Shown piece after piece: positions 26,930 through 40,945 of a DNA stretch of 64,000 nt. How positions within the stretch are numbered: the first letter of the stretch is position 1; each line of letters begins with the position of its first letter. The DNA is from the human T2T-CHM13v2.0 reference genome, Homo sapiens, in NCBI RefSeq assembly GCF_009914755.1, contig NC_060926.1. One strand, 5' to 3'. The position numbers and the translations under genes were made by a program. The notes below the pieces were generated by a model. That model did no database searches. It was not told the DNA's origin and worked only from the letters and a program-made list of their open reading frames with translations.

Positions 26930-27070
26930 CCCAACTCTACCACATACTGTGACCTTGGGCAAGTTGCTTACACTTTCACAGCCCCCATTTCTTAGCTGTA
27001 AAATCGTGATAATAATACCTATCACACTGTTGTGAATGCTTGTTACATAGTAGGCACTCCATAAATAAAT
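26930..27070 (+). mobile_element. MIR
   Basis: ctgtgaccttgggcaagttgctt...ctgtaaaatcgtgataataataccta. Confidence 0.75.
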
Positions 27071-27914
27071 GACAGGTGTTTTCTGTGTTTAGCATCATTT
27101 TTATCTCCCTTTTTGACTGTGGTGATGTCTTGCTGGTGAAAACTTTCACCATACCCCATGAAGAGTTCATGCGGATGCTGACTTCCAAGCATTTGTTGAC
27201 TCCAGTCTCCCAGACAAGAACACCAGCTTTCCATGTTATGTCTCCACCAAACTATTGCAGTCCTCCTCCAAAACCTTGGGCAAGAGACACTGTCCTTCTG
27301 GAAGTCTTCCTCGATTCACTCTACCTGCTTTCACTCATACTCTCATTCAGTCTTCTAGCAGGAAAAAGAAAGCACACTCAGATGGGATTCCAAAGAGACT
27401 TTAATAAAGAGACAATTCACAGAAGTGTGGCTAGGGCTAAAGGAACCACCACAGGAAATTGAGGCCCCAGGGATTAGCAATGGCAGGAAGCTATAGCCAT
27501 TCTTGGCCTGAAGGGCATAGTATTCTTAGAACCTGATGAGAGCTGGATCCAGGCTGGAATTGGCCAAACCCAGACAGAAGCAAGAGAGCAAGAAAGCAGG
27601 GAGAGGCAGTGTATACATGTTAGCATACATTGTGCCCCTGGGATAATGGGCAGAAAAGGGCAGGGGATGGATCTAGTGGTGGATACACAAATGAAGAATA
27701 ACAAGCACACCCCTGTTACCCAAGATCCAGCATTAGGTTCTATGAATGAGATAACTGGGAAGAAATATGCTCTTTGAGATACATACATTTGCCATTTGAG
27801 GATCTGTTGTCATTGCTATGGTGCAGCACTCCAATATACTCACATGTTCCTTACAAACCTTAGTCCACATCTTTTCCTTCCTATGGATTTCCTTCTAGAT
27901 TGCAGGACATTTAT

Positions 27915-28110
27915 AATCATATTTATTGAGGACCAATTATGTGCCATGCACCGTGCCTGTGCACTCTCTCTCCCTCCTCATTTGATCCTCACAATGATCC
28001 TGCGAGGTCTCACAGTCTTCATTTGAAGATGAGGAAACTGAAGCTTAGAGAAGATGAGAATCTTGCCCAAGATTACTCAGCCAGGATCCAATCCTACCTC
28101 TGACTGTAAA
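27915..28110 (-). mobile_element. MIR
   Basis: catttgatcctcacaatgatcc...gatgaggaaactgaagcttagagaag. Confidence 0.75.
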
Positions 28111-28560
28111 GCCAACAATTTGGTGTCACAAGACAAAATATTGCTGGCTTTGCTCAGGCCTTTATTATCTGGTCTGTCTACAAGTTCATTATTGGGAAAA
28201 CTACTCAGCATCCACCCACCCACAAACCTGAACCCAATATTAATGCAACAGAACACATTGACACTCTGGTATTATCTGTCCTATCATCACCTCCCCAAAT
28301 CGTGTGATTGGAGCAAACTGCACAATACACATCCTTCACCCGAACTCTCCTTCCACAGGCCTGACACCAGAATAAAGTGGAGACAAGCTTTGTCTACGGC
28401 ATGAGGGCTCAGTGGTCCAGCCCGCACAGAGAGGATGGATGGTGGAAAGGCAAGAACTGGACTTTTCAGCCTCAGCCACGAGAGGAATTTTCTACTTCCA
28501 ACTCTGATTTACAGGATGGGGAACTCTCACACAAAGGAAAGAGATTAAGAGATAGAGAAG

Positions 28561-30424
28561 TCAAATACATACAGCCTACCAAGATTGAACCATGAAGAAA
28601 TCCAAAACCTGAAGAGACCAATCACATGTAATGAGACTGAAGCCATAACAAAAAAATCTCTCGGCAAAGAAAAGCCTGGTACTCAATAGCCTCGCTGCTG
28701 AATTTTACCAAACATTTAAAGAACTAATACCAATTCTTCTCAAACTATTCTGAAAAATGGAGCAGGGGGAAATAATTCCAAACTGATTCTATGAGGCCAA
28801 TATTACCCTGATACCAAAACCAGAAAAACACACATCAAAAAAAGAAAACTACGGGTCAATATCCCTGATAAACATTGATGCAAAAATTCTCAACAAAATA
28901 CTAGCAAACTGAATTCATCAACACATTAAAAAGATTATTCATCATGACTAAATAGGATTTATCCCAGGGAAGCAAGGATGGTTCAACATACACAAATCAA
29001 TTGATATGCTCCATCCTATCAACGGAATGAAGGACAAAAATCATACAATCATTTCAATTTATGCTGAAAAAGTATTTGATAAAGTTCAACATCCCCTCAT
29101 GATAAAAACCCTCAAAAAACTTGGTGTAGAGGAAACACACCTCAATGCAATAAAAGCCACATATGACAGATCCACAATTAGTATCATACTGAATGGGAAA
29201 AAATTAATGCCTTTCCGCTAAGATCTGGAACAAGACAAGGATGCTTACTTTCACCACTGCTATTCAACATAGTACTGGGAGAGCAATCTGATTGCTAGAG
29301 CAATCAGAAAATAGAAAGAAAAAAAGGGCATCCACGTTAGGAAGGAATAAGTCAAATTATCCTTGTTTATAGACGATGTATCATCTTATATTTGGAAAAA
29401 CCTAAAAACTCCACCAAAAAAACTATTAGAACTGATAAATTCAGTAAAGTTGCAAGATATAAAATCAACGTACAAAAATCAGTATCATTACTATATGCCA
29501 ACAGTTAACAATCTGAAAAAGAAATCAAGAAAGTAATATAATTTACAATAGCTACAAATAAAATAAAACACCTAGGAATTAACCAAATAAGTGAAAGATC
29601 CCTACAATGAAAACTATGAAAAATTGATGCAAGAAATTGAAGAGGACACCAAAAAGATGGAAAGATGTTCATGGATTGGAAGAAGCAATATTGCTAAAAT
29701 GTTCATGCTACTGAAAGCAATCTACAGATTCCATGCAATCCCTCTCAAAATACAAGTGACATTCTTCAAAGAAAAAAAAAAATAGAGCAATCCTAAAATT
29801 TATATGAAACTACAAAAGACTAAGAATAGCCAAAGCCATCCTGAGCAAAAAGGACTAAACTGGAGAGATCAAACTACCTGACCTCAAGTTACACTACAGA
29901 GTCATAGTAACCAAAGCAGCATGATACTAGCATAAAAATAATAATAACAACATGGATGGAACTACAGGACATTATGTTAAGTGAAATAAGCAAGGGACAG
30001 AAAGATAAACTTCACTTGTTCTCATTCACTTGTGGGAGCTAAAAATTAAAACAATTGAACTCATGGAGATAGAGAGTAGAATGATGGTTACCAGAAGCTG
30101 GGGAGGGGAGTTGGAAGTGGAAAGTCAGGGGGAAGTAGACATGGTTAATGTGTACAAAAATATAATTAGATAGAATGAATAAGATCCAGTATTTGATAGC
30201 ACAACAGGGTAATTACAGTCAACAATAATTTATTGTACATTTTTAAATAATGAAAAGGTATAATTGGAATGTTTGTCACACAATGAAATTACAAATGCTT
30301 GAGCTGATGGATACCCCATTTACCCTGATGTGATTATTATGCATTGTAAGCCCGTATCAAAATACCTCATGTACCCCATAATTACATACACCTACTGTGT
30401 ATTCACAGACCTTTTTTTTTTTTC
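28561..30424 (+). mobile_element. 5'-truncated L1MA (L1MA2/3-like): degenerate ORF2 RT region joined to the 3' end by an internal deletion at ~29940
   Basis: Decayed ORF2 peptides ([28 protein letters not shown]; tttatagacgat at the FADD site); L1MA 3' UTR gatggataccccatttaccctgatgtgatt; TSD aagagatagagaag 28547-28560 vs aagggatagagaag 30748-30761. Confidence 0.92.
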
Positions 30425-30434
30425 AAGGTATAGA

Positions 30435-30747
<313 letters not shown>

Positions 30748-33700
30748 AAGGGATAGAGAAGCTAAAAAAAAACAAAATCCACTACCAGGTAATTCAAACT
30801 ATTTAAAAATAAGCAAGATTCTTGTGTCCACGGAAGCTTTTGGGTATGGTTCTGTGGGAAGCTGGGGAGGGAGAGAAGATGAGTTACAAGGATCCTCTCT
30901 GGCTTTAATTCTGTGAGTTCTGGAAATTAACATGCTTGCCAGCAGACCCAGCGGCCGGGGGAAGAGGCAATGGCTTGCTATTTTCAACATGCCAACAAAA
31001 GAGAAAGTTTTGCGAAACTTTCTGGGAAAGTAATATTGTCCATCTTCCAGCCTCTGAATGCACCACATCGGTTTTGAAAGCCACTCACTGTCTTCCTGGC
31101 TTTCTCTGGAGGGCCTTGCCTGTCTCACCATGCTTCTTTTTGTCTAACTGATGGCTCTCATGCTGTAGTGCAGGCGGCCCATTTTCTCTCTTCACAACCT
31201 CGTGGAGATGGAGCACAGCTGGTCCTTGCTCCTCTGGGGAATAACTTTTCAGAGGATTGTTTTAGTGGAAACACCAGGGTCCTGAGGAATTTTCCCCTTT
31301 GTTTGAAAATGAATGACTTCCTCTTAGGGCTGCTCTGAGGGGCTTCCACCTGAGTTGTGGCAACTTCAAAGGCTCCCCATGTTTCTGCTCCAGAGGCCAG
31401 GGGATGGCTGGGGCCTCCTCCTGCTGCTTCTGCCCAAGACTCAGCAGCCTCTGCCTTATACTCACCACTTGAGCGTCTAGGGAAGGGCGGTGTGCACATG
31501 TGCTGTGCTGATGGGCGTAGGTGTCTGCCTCTGCACAGATGCATACATTGGCTTGCATTTTGGAGTAGGTGTGTGTGTCCAAAACACATCACACTCTTTG
31601 CATTGTTAAGAATTAGCTTTGGAAAGCAAAGAAGTGAGAGGGGGAAACAGCATTCAGCTAAGGTCTTATATCCTCAGTTTCAGTTTGTAATAAATATTTA
31701 TGACCAAGTTACAACAAGTCCTGAAAAAGAAGCATTTAATAGAAACACAGATACTTAACCCTTGCGTTAATTACAGGCCTCTGTTGTCTTATTCAAGATA
31801 TGCTTTATGTTCATTTTTAAGCCCTTTGCAGTGATTCTTCTCTTCCTTTTCAAAAAACGTGCCTAGCAAGCAGCTGTTTTCTATATACAGCTGGATCCTG
31901 CAAGAGACAACTGTTTCTCTTTTAGCAACTTTGTCAAGCTTGATTTGAGACTAATCTGACTGCAGGTGTCAGGTAAGAATAGGACATTGGCAAGGACCAA
32001 GAACTCCATAAAAGAGGAGAGAAAGTGGCCCAGGAGCGAAGGGGCATATTGGTCAGAATGCAGGGCGATCAAGGACACGTGGGCTGAGCTGTGGATGGCA
32101 AGGATACATGCCTGGCTGCTGGCTGGCACACGGTTTCCATCATGGACTCCCCACCTGGGTCCACAGAGAAAGATGCTTGCAGGCAGAATGGCAGAGTGTT
32201 TTCATTGCCATGTCCCCAGTAACATAAAATCTCACAAACAACCTCCATAAATCACACCATGACATCTACTGGGCTTGTCCAACGCTAAACATAAGTGGAC
32301 TCTTAAGTCGAGTCTTAAGTTGTAGGCAGCACCATCACCCTTCAGCAAACATCTGTAGTTCATCTTATCTTTTGAAGAAATATATGAGTTTCACTGTCTT
32401 TTTTTTTTTAAGCCTTTTGCAGCTTCTGCTCCTTGATTTGTTTGAAGGCCATCTGCTATGTATAAAATTGGGGGTGGGGGCATGCTGTGGAAAAGGAACC
32501 ATTTGGGAGATGTAGAGGCTGGGAGAAAATGCAAACACTGCAAATGTTTTTGTCAGCTTCGGTGGACAGGCCACTTCCCTTTCTGAGCCCCCCCACCTCT
32601 TACGAGAGTTGGACTTGCGGCATCACCATTGGCTGTGGCTGAAGACTGTGCTGGTTTTGTCTTGTGGTTATTACTCTACCACTCAATATGTTCATCATTG
32701 TTCACCCCCAGTGAATACAAGAGTCCCAGCACTGGTGATTCTGAGATCTTTCAAAACCTGAGAATACACATTTGAGTTGGCCTTCAAAGCTCTTCCAAAG
32801 ATGCCCCTGGAACTGAGGGATTAAAGGGGGCAACCAGGAGTCGTGGGGGTGTTTCTCACAAGGATGGAAGGAACGTCCCAGTAGAGGGAGTGTATGTCAT
32901 GGCATAAAGTTACCACAGGGTGGTAGAAGTTGTGCGGTTGCGTGTTCTCATTCGGGCATTCTTCCCCAGGAAGCAGAGGGAAAACAGAGGGCTCAGAGGC
33001 AAAGATCCGCAGCCCCGACTCCCTGCTTCTCCTGCCTGAGCAGAGGTGTCCGAGCCAAAGCTGGCTTCAGGGAGGCACCAGATGTTTAAACACTTGACCC
33101 CTGAAATAACTGTCACCCGCTTCCACCCCTGACCATGCCCGCCAGTTTCCTTGGCCCTGACGTGGGTCAGGCAACCCACATTGCTCAAGATCCAGGGAGC
33201 AGCACTTCACCGGCTGGGAGATTAATTGAAAGGATGTGTTTAACAACTAGGGTGAGTGTTAATTTGCCATTAAAGCAAAGCGAAAACGTGATGATGATAG
33301 AAATTTTATCACACCAGCTTCTCTTCTTCACCTTGGAAGATTCCGTCCTCCTTATAATGTTGACCAAGGAGTTTCTTATAAATCCCAAGGTTCCAACAGC
33401 AAGTTTTATTTTCCCATCTGTCCCACAAGATTTAAAATGCTTTAGTAAAACTGATTAAAAGCATTTATCATTATCATCAGTATTAGCAGTATTTGTTTTG
33501 TCACCATAATTTATAGAACAGTTGTGTTAAGTTCTAACATGGTCCTTTGTGGCGTTCCTCCCACTTTTATTTCTCCCACCGCACTCCAGCCCTCAGCTGC
33601 ATAAAAATTTCAAGCGATGCATCGGGCCACAGGTTTCTAAAGTATTTTTGAGCCTCTGCCTCTGAAATGACAAATCAAAATATCAGTTTTGTTCTGAGTT

Positions 33701-36700
33701 CTAATGGAAGGCTGAGTTCTCAGGGTCCCGGTTGTATAGGGCATCCCAGCCAGGTCTGACTTTGCCACGTGGCTTTGCCCATCACAGGAAGGCAATGTGG
33801 GGACACACTGGCCCCCTTCATGTATCAAAGGGCTGTCACTTGCCCCTCACCTGAAAAACCAAACCAAGCATGGAGATTACTTTGAGCAACATCACAAATT
33901 TACCCAACCAAGTCAAGGCTACCGATTTGTGGGATAAAAAAATTTTTACCCCAAAGGGGAAAAAAAAGACCTCCTTGTCAATCATCTCCTGATTACAAGC
34001 TGAGAAAATAAACTTGCTTGCAATTGTTAGCCTCTTGGTGGAGAACTGTGGAAAAGTTGCTTAAAGGAGTGATTCAGCAATAAAAGTGGAGGGGTTTGGG
34101 GGTTACAGTAAGTTTTCCTCCCTGCCAGAGCATCGTTTTCTCCACAGCTGCCTGTGAAACATTCGTGTTGTTCTGCAATTATGGCCATGATTTGTTGGTG
34201 CACTTTTATGTAGAAGTGTCTGCATCTGTTGAGGTCTGCAGCGCTACCTCTTTGACAGTTCCAGATGTTGCGAAGATGAAATACCTCCTGCTTGAGGAAC
34301 TGTGCAACTAGGAGCCCCAAAAGATGTTCTGAATACAGTTTTAAAAGGCATCTGTCTTAAAATAATTTCAACATCTCGCTCGTCTATTTATAAGCCCCGT
34401 CGGGTGGTTTTTTGGGCCCTCCCGGACTATTTTAAGGGGCTCATTTTTACATCAAGATATTTTAACCATTGAAGTGACAAACCTCTGCCCTGTTTCTTTC
34501 TCTGCCCTGGGTTACCCATTAACTTGCCTTCTAACACCTTGCAATCTTTTTATATCAAGCATGAGACAGAAGGGCCTTTTCTTGGGGCATGAAGTGGGGA
34601 GGAGGCTGAAATACATATGCATGTGTATCCCTGGCCTGGGACAACTTAAGATTCACTGGTGAGGAAGCAACAAAAGGCCTCTGGGCCAGACTCCACTCTT
34701 CCCTAAGACCTCGTAACTCACCACACTGTCGGTTCTTAACATAGGAATGCTACTTGACCCTTACCAGGGCTTTGGAGGGATGTCTGGGCTTGAGTTTCTG
34801 CAGGTGAAAACCCATGCCCAGGACCACCCTTAGGAAGATCATTCTCGCGAGGTCTGGTGCAGACTAATGTTATTCTTGGGTCATTTAACTTCACTCTCAG
34901 GGAAGAGACGAAGATGGTGCTAAGTTGTAAATCACTCCCCTCTGGAATGGATTTGAGCCAGAACCGATTGGCCTGAGCATTCCTGCCTTGCTTGACCATG
35001 GTAAAGAGATTATGGTATGTAAAATTCAGCTAAACATAGCTTGTTTCGATTTCCTACTTTCCTGGTTGTCTGTCTTGCTATGAAAGGTTAAGACCTAGGA
35101 GGGGGAGAGAAACCCACTCTGTGGAATCCCTCTCACTCCAGGGCAATATTTCCTACTCAGATGATGTCCATACATAGCCACTGTGCGAGGCTCACAGCAA
35201 GGGAAGTTGGTCCCATCAGAGAGATATTCATAAACGTGGCCTTTGGGTTGTTTTAATTGGTCAGTCTCACAAAGCAATAAAAACAGAAGGCGTCAAACAC
35301 TGAAGCCTGCCTGTGGTGTAGTCTGAGTTTACAAATCCCTGCTCACATGTTTGCCATTTCATACAAAGGAAACTGACCTTCCCTTTTCCCTGATGTCATT
35401 AGCTGAGTCCAGAAACTGCAGTGACATCCTCTTAGCAGATCTGGTTGCCCTACTTGGGACTCTTCCTGAAATCCTTCAACCCATGTGGAAATGGTGCCTC
35501 AAGTCAAAGTCTCTCGAAATTTTCTCTTGTGATCCAAGTATCCAAGTTTAAAAAACAAATTATCTAAGTTAAAAAAAAAAAGATTTCCTTACATCTTCTT
35601 GCCCGTTTGGCCATGTAGACCACATATGCCCATCAGCCTGCTGAAAAAAGTGGGAGTTCCTAGAGATGAGAATGGTAATAATGCACACTGTCAGCATCAC
35701 TCTCTTCAAATCATTGGAAGCCCTTTTGCTTTCTGGAAAGTAAATTTGAAGCATGTGAGAGAGTAACTTCTGGCAATGGATGAGGTAAATGGTGCTCAGG
35801 CTACAGAGGCAGGTCTGCAGGTGAAAAGGCCATGGTGCCAAGACAGATGGGCCCATGCCCCACCCAGGTGCACAGAGTTGGGTGGGGGGTGGCTGCCAAC
35901 ATGGTCAGACAGATTTGAGCAAAGACATCCTCAAATTAAAGCAAATCCCTGCCTCTGGGGCCTTGTCATGCATTTGTCTTGCTGAATAAGGTAGAACCAG
36001 AAAGTAATTTTGATTAGCATTCTTCCAAGCTATTTATCATAGGAAATTACACCACTGCGTTGAAGACTGGGACTTTTACCAGCTATTCGTGGTTGCCTTG
36101 TTGTGATTTCACAGCGGGAGGCAGATGTGGCAGGCAGCAAGTCACCTTTGCTTGACTTCTACTCCGTTGACAGTTCACGTAGTAGGGCTCCTGTAAGAAG
36201 ATATTTTAAAATTACAAGCTCAAGAAAACAAACCAGAGGCGAGAGGGTCCTTCTTCTGTTTTTCTCCCCATATTAAAGGTGTCATCAGCAAAGTTTTCTC
36301 CTCTAACAGGGGAACAAATATATCAGCAAGTCCTAACTGAGAAAAAAATCTCCTCTCATGCAAGAAACAAAAGAAATACTTAAATTGAAAGGTTTACTAA
36401 GGTTGATGGAATTTTTATTAAGAATTATTTTCCATAAAAGGAAATAGCTCTGCATTAAGATGAATATTCTAAATGTGGCATTTTTATGAACTTATAAATC
36501 TGTGCATAAGCATCTTCATACAAACCCATTCTTTTTTTTTTTTTTGCAGACAATTCATTTCTTCTTCTATTTGTTCTGCCACAGATATACTACTTCCCCA
36601 GTTATCTGAGGCAGTGATATTTGCAGCTTTGTGAATTTGCTGGAATATATAGGGGGGATAAGAAATGCTCAAAATTTCTGTTGGAAGCAGGGAATGTACT

Positions 36701-37799
36701 TTTCAAAATAAGTGATGCCAAACCAACAAATTATTGGCAACTTCACCTCTTATCTGACAACCTTAGAAGAAGAGAGCCCAGTGTCTAGCACTTTTACTTA
36801 AAATACTTAGAAATTGTCATTTCTTTCCCTCATCAGAGGCTTCCCTTCACTTCTTTCCAATGGAGGATAATGAGGGCAGGATGAAAACCAGAATTGGAGG
36901 AGCTGGTCAAACTCTTCTTTCTCCAAAGAGCTAGGCTCCCAGGACATAGTGAGGACAGACAGCTTGATGCAGTTAATGTAGCCAAAACACCTGCAGTTAA
37001 GCAAGCCAAAAAAAAAAATGTGTTTTGTATCATTTCAGCAATCCTAACTGGATGCCTAAAGAGAAGCTCCTACTCTAGGTTTTCAGAATACCTGTGCAGA
37101 TAAGAGCTAAATCAGAGGTCTCAGAACCCTGCCATCTGGCTAAAATCTGAAAAATTCTATTTGTAAGCTGCATGATTCCCCAATATTTCCAAATAATTCT
37201 TCTATTTGAAAATATCTAAGGATCCCACCATTTGCATATAGATGTTTGATGTCATTCAGATGAAAAATCCAGTTTTACTGCACCTTAATATTGACTGGAT
37301 AGATTACAAACTTGTGAAGAACAACATAACCTCCTTTGTCCAGTCACCCTGGATATCTTCATGGCTGCAGCAGCCTGGCCATCTTTGGAAACCTCTGAAA
37401 GCATGAAGCATCTGCCCTGCATCTCCCAATATCTGGTGTGATAGATGCAGTGTCCAGCTACTCCTGCAGAAAGAAACAGACTCAGAATTCATCCCATACC
37501 TATGTTAGTATAAGAAAGAGAGTGCCCCATAGGGCCTAGCCAGCACTGGGCCCACAGTGAGCATTCAATAAATCCTTAGCGATGGAGTACTTATAGAAAA
37601 TCTGTGTTTGCACATAGATAGTGGCTTCCCAAGGCCCGTGCTTAGGGCTTGATGTGTCCTGTTTGGTGGGAGCCAAGCAGCTGTCTCCTGCATCTGGGGA
37701 TTTCTCACTTGGGGGAGCAAATCCTCTAAGTATTTACAACCATTTAACAACTGCTGCCTATATCCTGACACTTACCTCACAAATTTCTCTCCAACCCAC

Positions 37800-38745
<946 letters not shown>

Positions 38746-38801
38746 ATGACTGGCAAGTTGATAAGAAGAAGTAGGAATGGAAGGAAGGTTGGGGAGAAGA
38801 C

Positions 38802-38926
38802 AAGAGGGAGAGAGGAAAAAAGAAAGGGAGAGAGGGAGGAAAGGAAGGAGAGGGAAGGAGGGAAGAGGGGGAAAGAGGGAGGAAGGGAGGGAAAGAGGGA
38901 GGAAGAAAAGGGAGGAAGGGGGGAAG
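38802..38926. repeat. 125-nt pure polypurine (GA/GGAA-rich) tract
   Basis: No C or T on the + strand across this interval. Confidence 0.9.
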
Positions 38927-39354
38927 TTTCCTGGAGAGACAACAATAATAAACTCCAATACTATGTATATTCTTCACCATTTCTAAATCCAAAAATCCCT
39001 GAATCCTATATACATGACCCCCCCTTGTCCCCATGTGTTTTAAATGAATCAAGGGTGCAATGTTAACAACAATGAAGAAGAAATGAGAGGAACAGCTGGT
39101 TCTTCCATGATTGCTGGTTCATTCATTCATTCTACAAATATTCCATGTGCCAGGCCATGCGGTCACCGCTAGGGAGAAGCATGTGACCTAGCAGATGCGC
39201 AGGTGGTGGATTTCAGCTGACTCGACTTCACCATGCGACCTTGGGCAAGTTGCCCACCTGCTCTGAGTCTGTTTCCTTCTCTGTAAGGTATGGAGGTTGA
39301 ATGATCCCTAATAACCATTCCAAAGCTAATCTTCTGTTGCCTCCAAACTGTAAT

Positions 39355-39795
39355 AATAATAATAAAAAACATTATTAACTGAGCATTTAGTCTGTACAAG
39401 GTCCTATGGTGTTTCTCTATATTATCTCAGTAGAGAAACAAGGCTTGATGTGCCCTGTTTGGTGGAAGGTATATTTCTCTATATTATCTCAGTTGATTCT
39501 CAACTGGGTTGATTCTCAACTGAGATAATATAGATACTATCAATAAATGTAATTGGAGGCAGGGAGTAGAAATGTAGGAATAATATAGTATCTATATTAT
39601 CCATACTGTTATCAACTGAGGTAATAGATTCAGAATCAAATGTAATCAAATGAGGTATCGTTTGATATCTCAGTTGGGATAGGTAGAATTACCAACAGCT
39701 ATTTTGTAAACAAGGAAAACTGAAGCAAAAGAGATTAGCTGACTTGTTAATGGTCAACAAGCTAGAAAATGATGACATTGAAATTTAAACAAACA
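39355..39795 (-). mobile_element. MIR split by a ~250-bp rearranged insert
   Basis: MIR-like actgagcatttagtctgtacaagg...attatctcagttgattctca on the left; ttttgtaaacaaggaaaactgaagc...gacttgttaatggtca on the right. Confidence 0.65.
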
Positions 39796-40184
39796 TTCCT
39801 CTGACCTCACTTTGCTACAAAACCCCAGGTTGTATCATGCCCTCTAACAATTCTGGACGTGGCCAGGACGTGGTGCCAAGTCTCAGGGGCAAGACAGAAG
39901 AGGCAGAAGCACATTTAGTTCTTGTGTTTAAAGCAGGTGATTGTCTCCAAGCTTCTCTGGACTTCAGGTGAACACCTTCCTTTGGTCCTCAGAACACCTC
40001 TTCCCCACATGTATGGCTGCTTAAGAAGACTTTGAGGTCGCAGGTAGAAAAGCATGGCATCCAGAAACACAGCTTCTCCTGACCAAGGCTGTCAACAGCC
40101 ATGAACATCATCCATGAGCTGGTTTCCTCCAGGAGACAACTTCCTGTCCCAAACCTTCACTGGTTGCTTTCTGCCTCAGTCTAC

Positions 40185-40460
40185 GTCATAACTGGGTGTT
40201 CTCAAGCCAGACATGGCTGCAAATAAGTTACGTTTGGCTTGATAGCTTTTAAAAATTGGAATATATCACATAAAATCCCAGATATGGGACTTTGCTTCAG
40301 AAATTAGAAGATCTGGTTACAGATGACCTACAATCCAAGAACCAGCTGGAGCTGAGTAGGAACTGACCTTTCAAATACACATGGCTGGCCACAGGCCCCA
40401 CTGCTCCTTATTGCCGCGTATTGACCCCTATAGGCATTTGAATTTGGAAACCCCAGACTG
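40185..40460. mobile_element. MER102-like hAT element
   Basis: cacataaaatcccagat...agaagatctgg...ctggagctgagtagg...ggcatttgaatttggaaacccc. Confidence 0.65.
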
Positions 40461-40779
40461 CATAACCAAATCCAAGGCCTGGCACTCAAAGCCCTTTGCT
40501 ACCTGGACCCCAATCTCTTGTTCCAGTCAACCTAAAACTGCTGCTCTCCAGCCTTCTGGAGTGGACCCACCCGAAGGGCTCCTTTTCATTATACCTCATC
40601 TAAGGGTCCTTCTTGTCTTCCTACACTTCTACTCCCTGCCTCCAGTTGCATTGGATTCTGCATCTTTTGGCTTCCTTTTCCTTCCCTGCCCATCTGGGAT
40701 CCACACAAAAGTGTGGAAACCCTGACTCTTTTAGATCTATGCATGGAAGAACTACTGAAGAAGAACCCATTGCCTGATT

Positions 40780-40945
40780 CCTTGCTGCTACTCAAAGTGT
40801 GGTCCAAGAACCAGCTATCTTAACAATGCCTGGCAGCTGTCAGAAAGGCAAGATTCCAGACCTCCACCCCACACTATTAAAACCAAAGCTGAACTTTAAT
40901 AAGATCTTCCAGGTGAACTGGATCACATTAAAGTTTTGGCAACCC
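40780..40945. mobile_element. MER5-family hAT MITE
   Basis: gctactcaaagtgtggtcc...tttaataagatcttccaggtga...cattaaagtttt. Confidence 0.75.

Noticed and set aside
27345-27700. Possible ancient MLT1-like LTR, and a possible LTR33-like remnant at ~59270-59760
   Set aside because: Resemblance too weak to assign family or boundaries without alignment.
29006-29785. Reverse-transcriptase-like ORFs as a novel RT system
   Set aside because: Stop- and frameshift-riddled ORF2 of an old L1 with an altered catalytic motif.
39410-39680. Possible CRISPR-like array, MITE or pre-miRNA
   Set aside because: Repeats are irregular and of mixed orientation, there is no terminal-repeat/TSD architecture, and the pieces trace to local flanks. 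A repair scar fits better.
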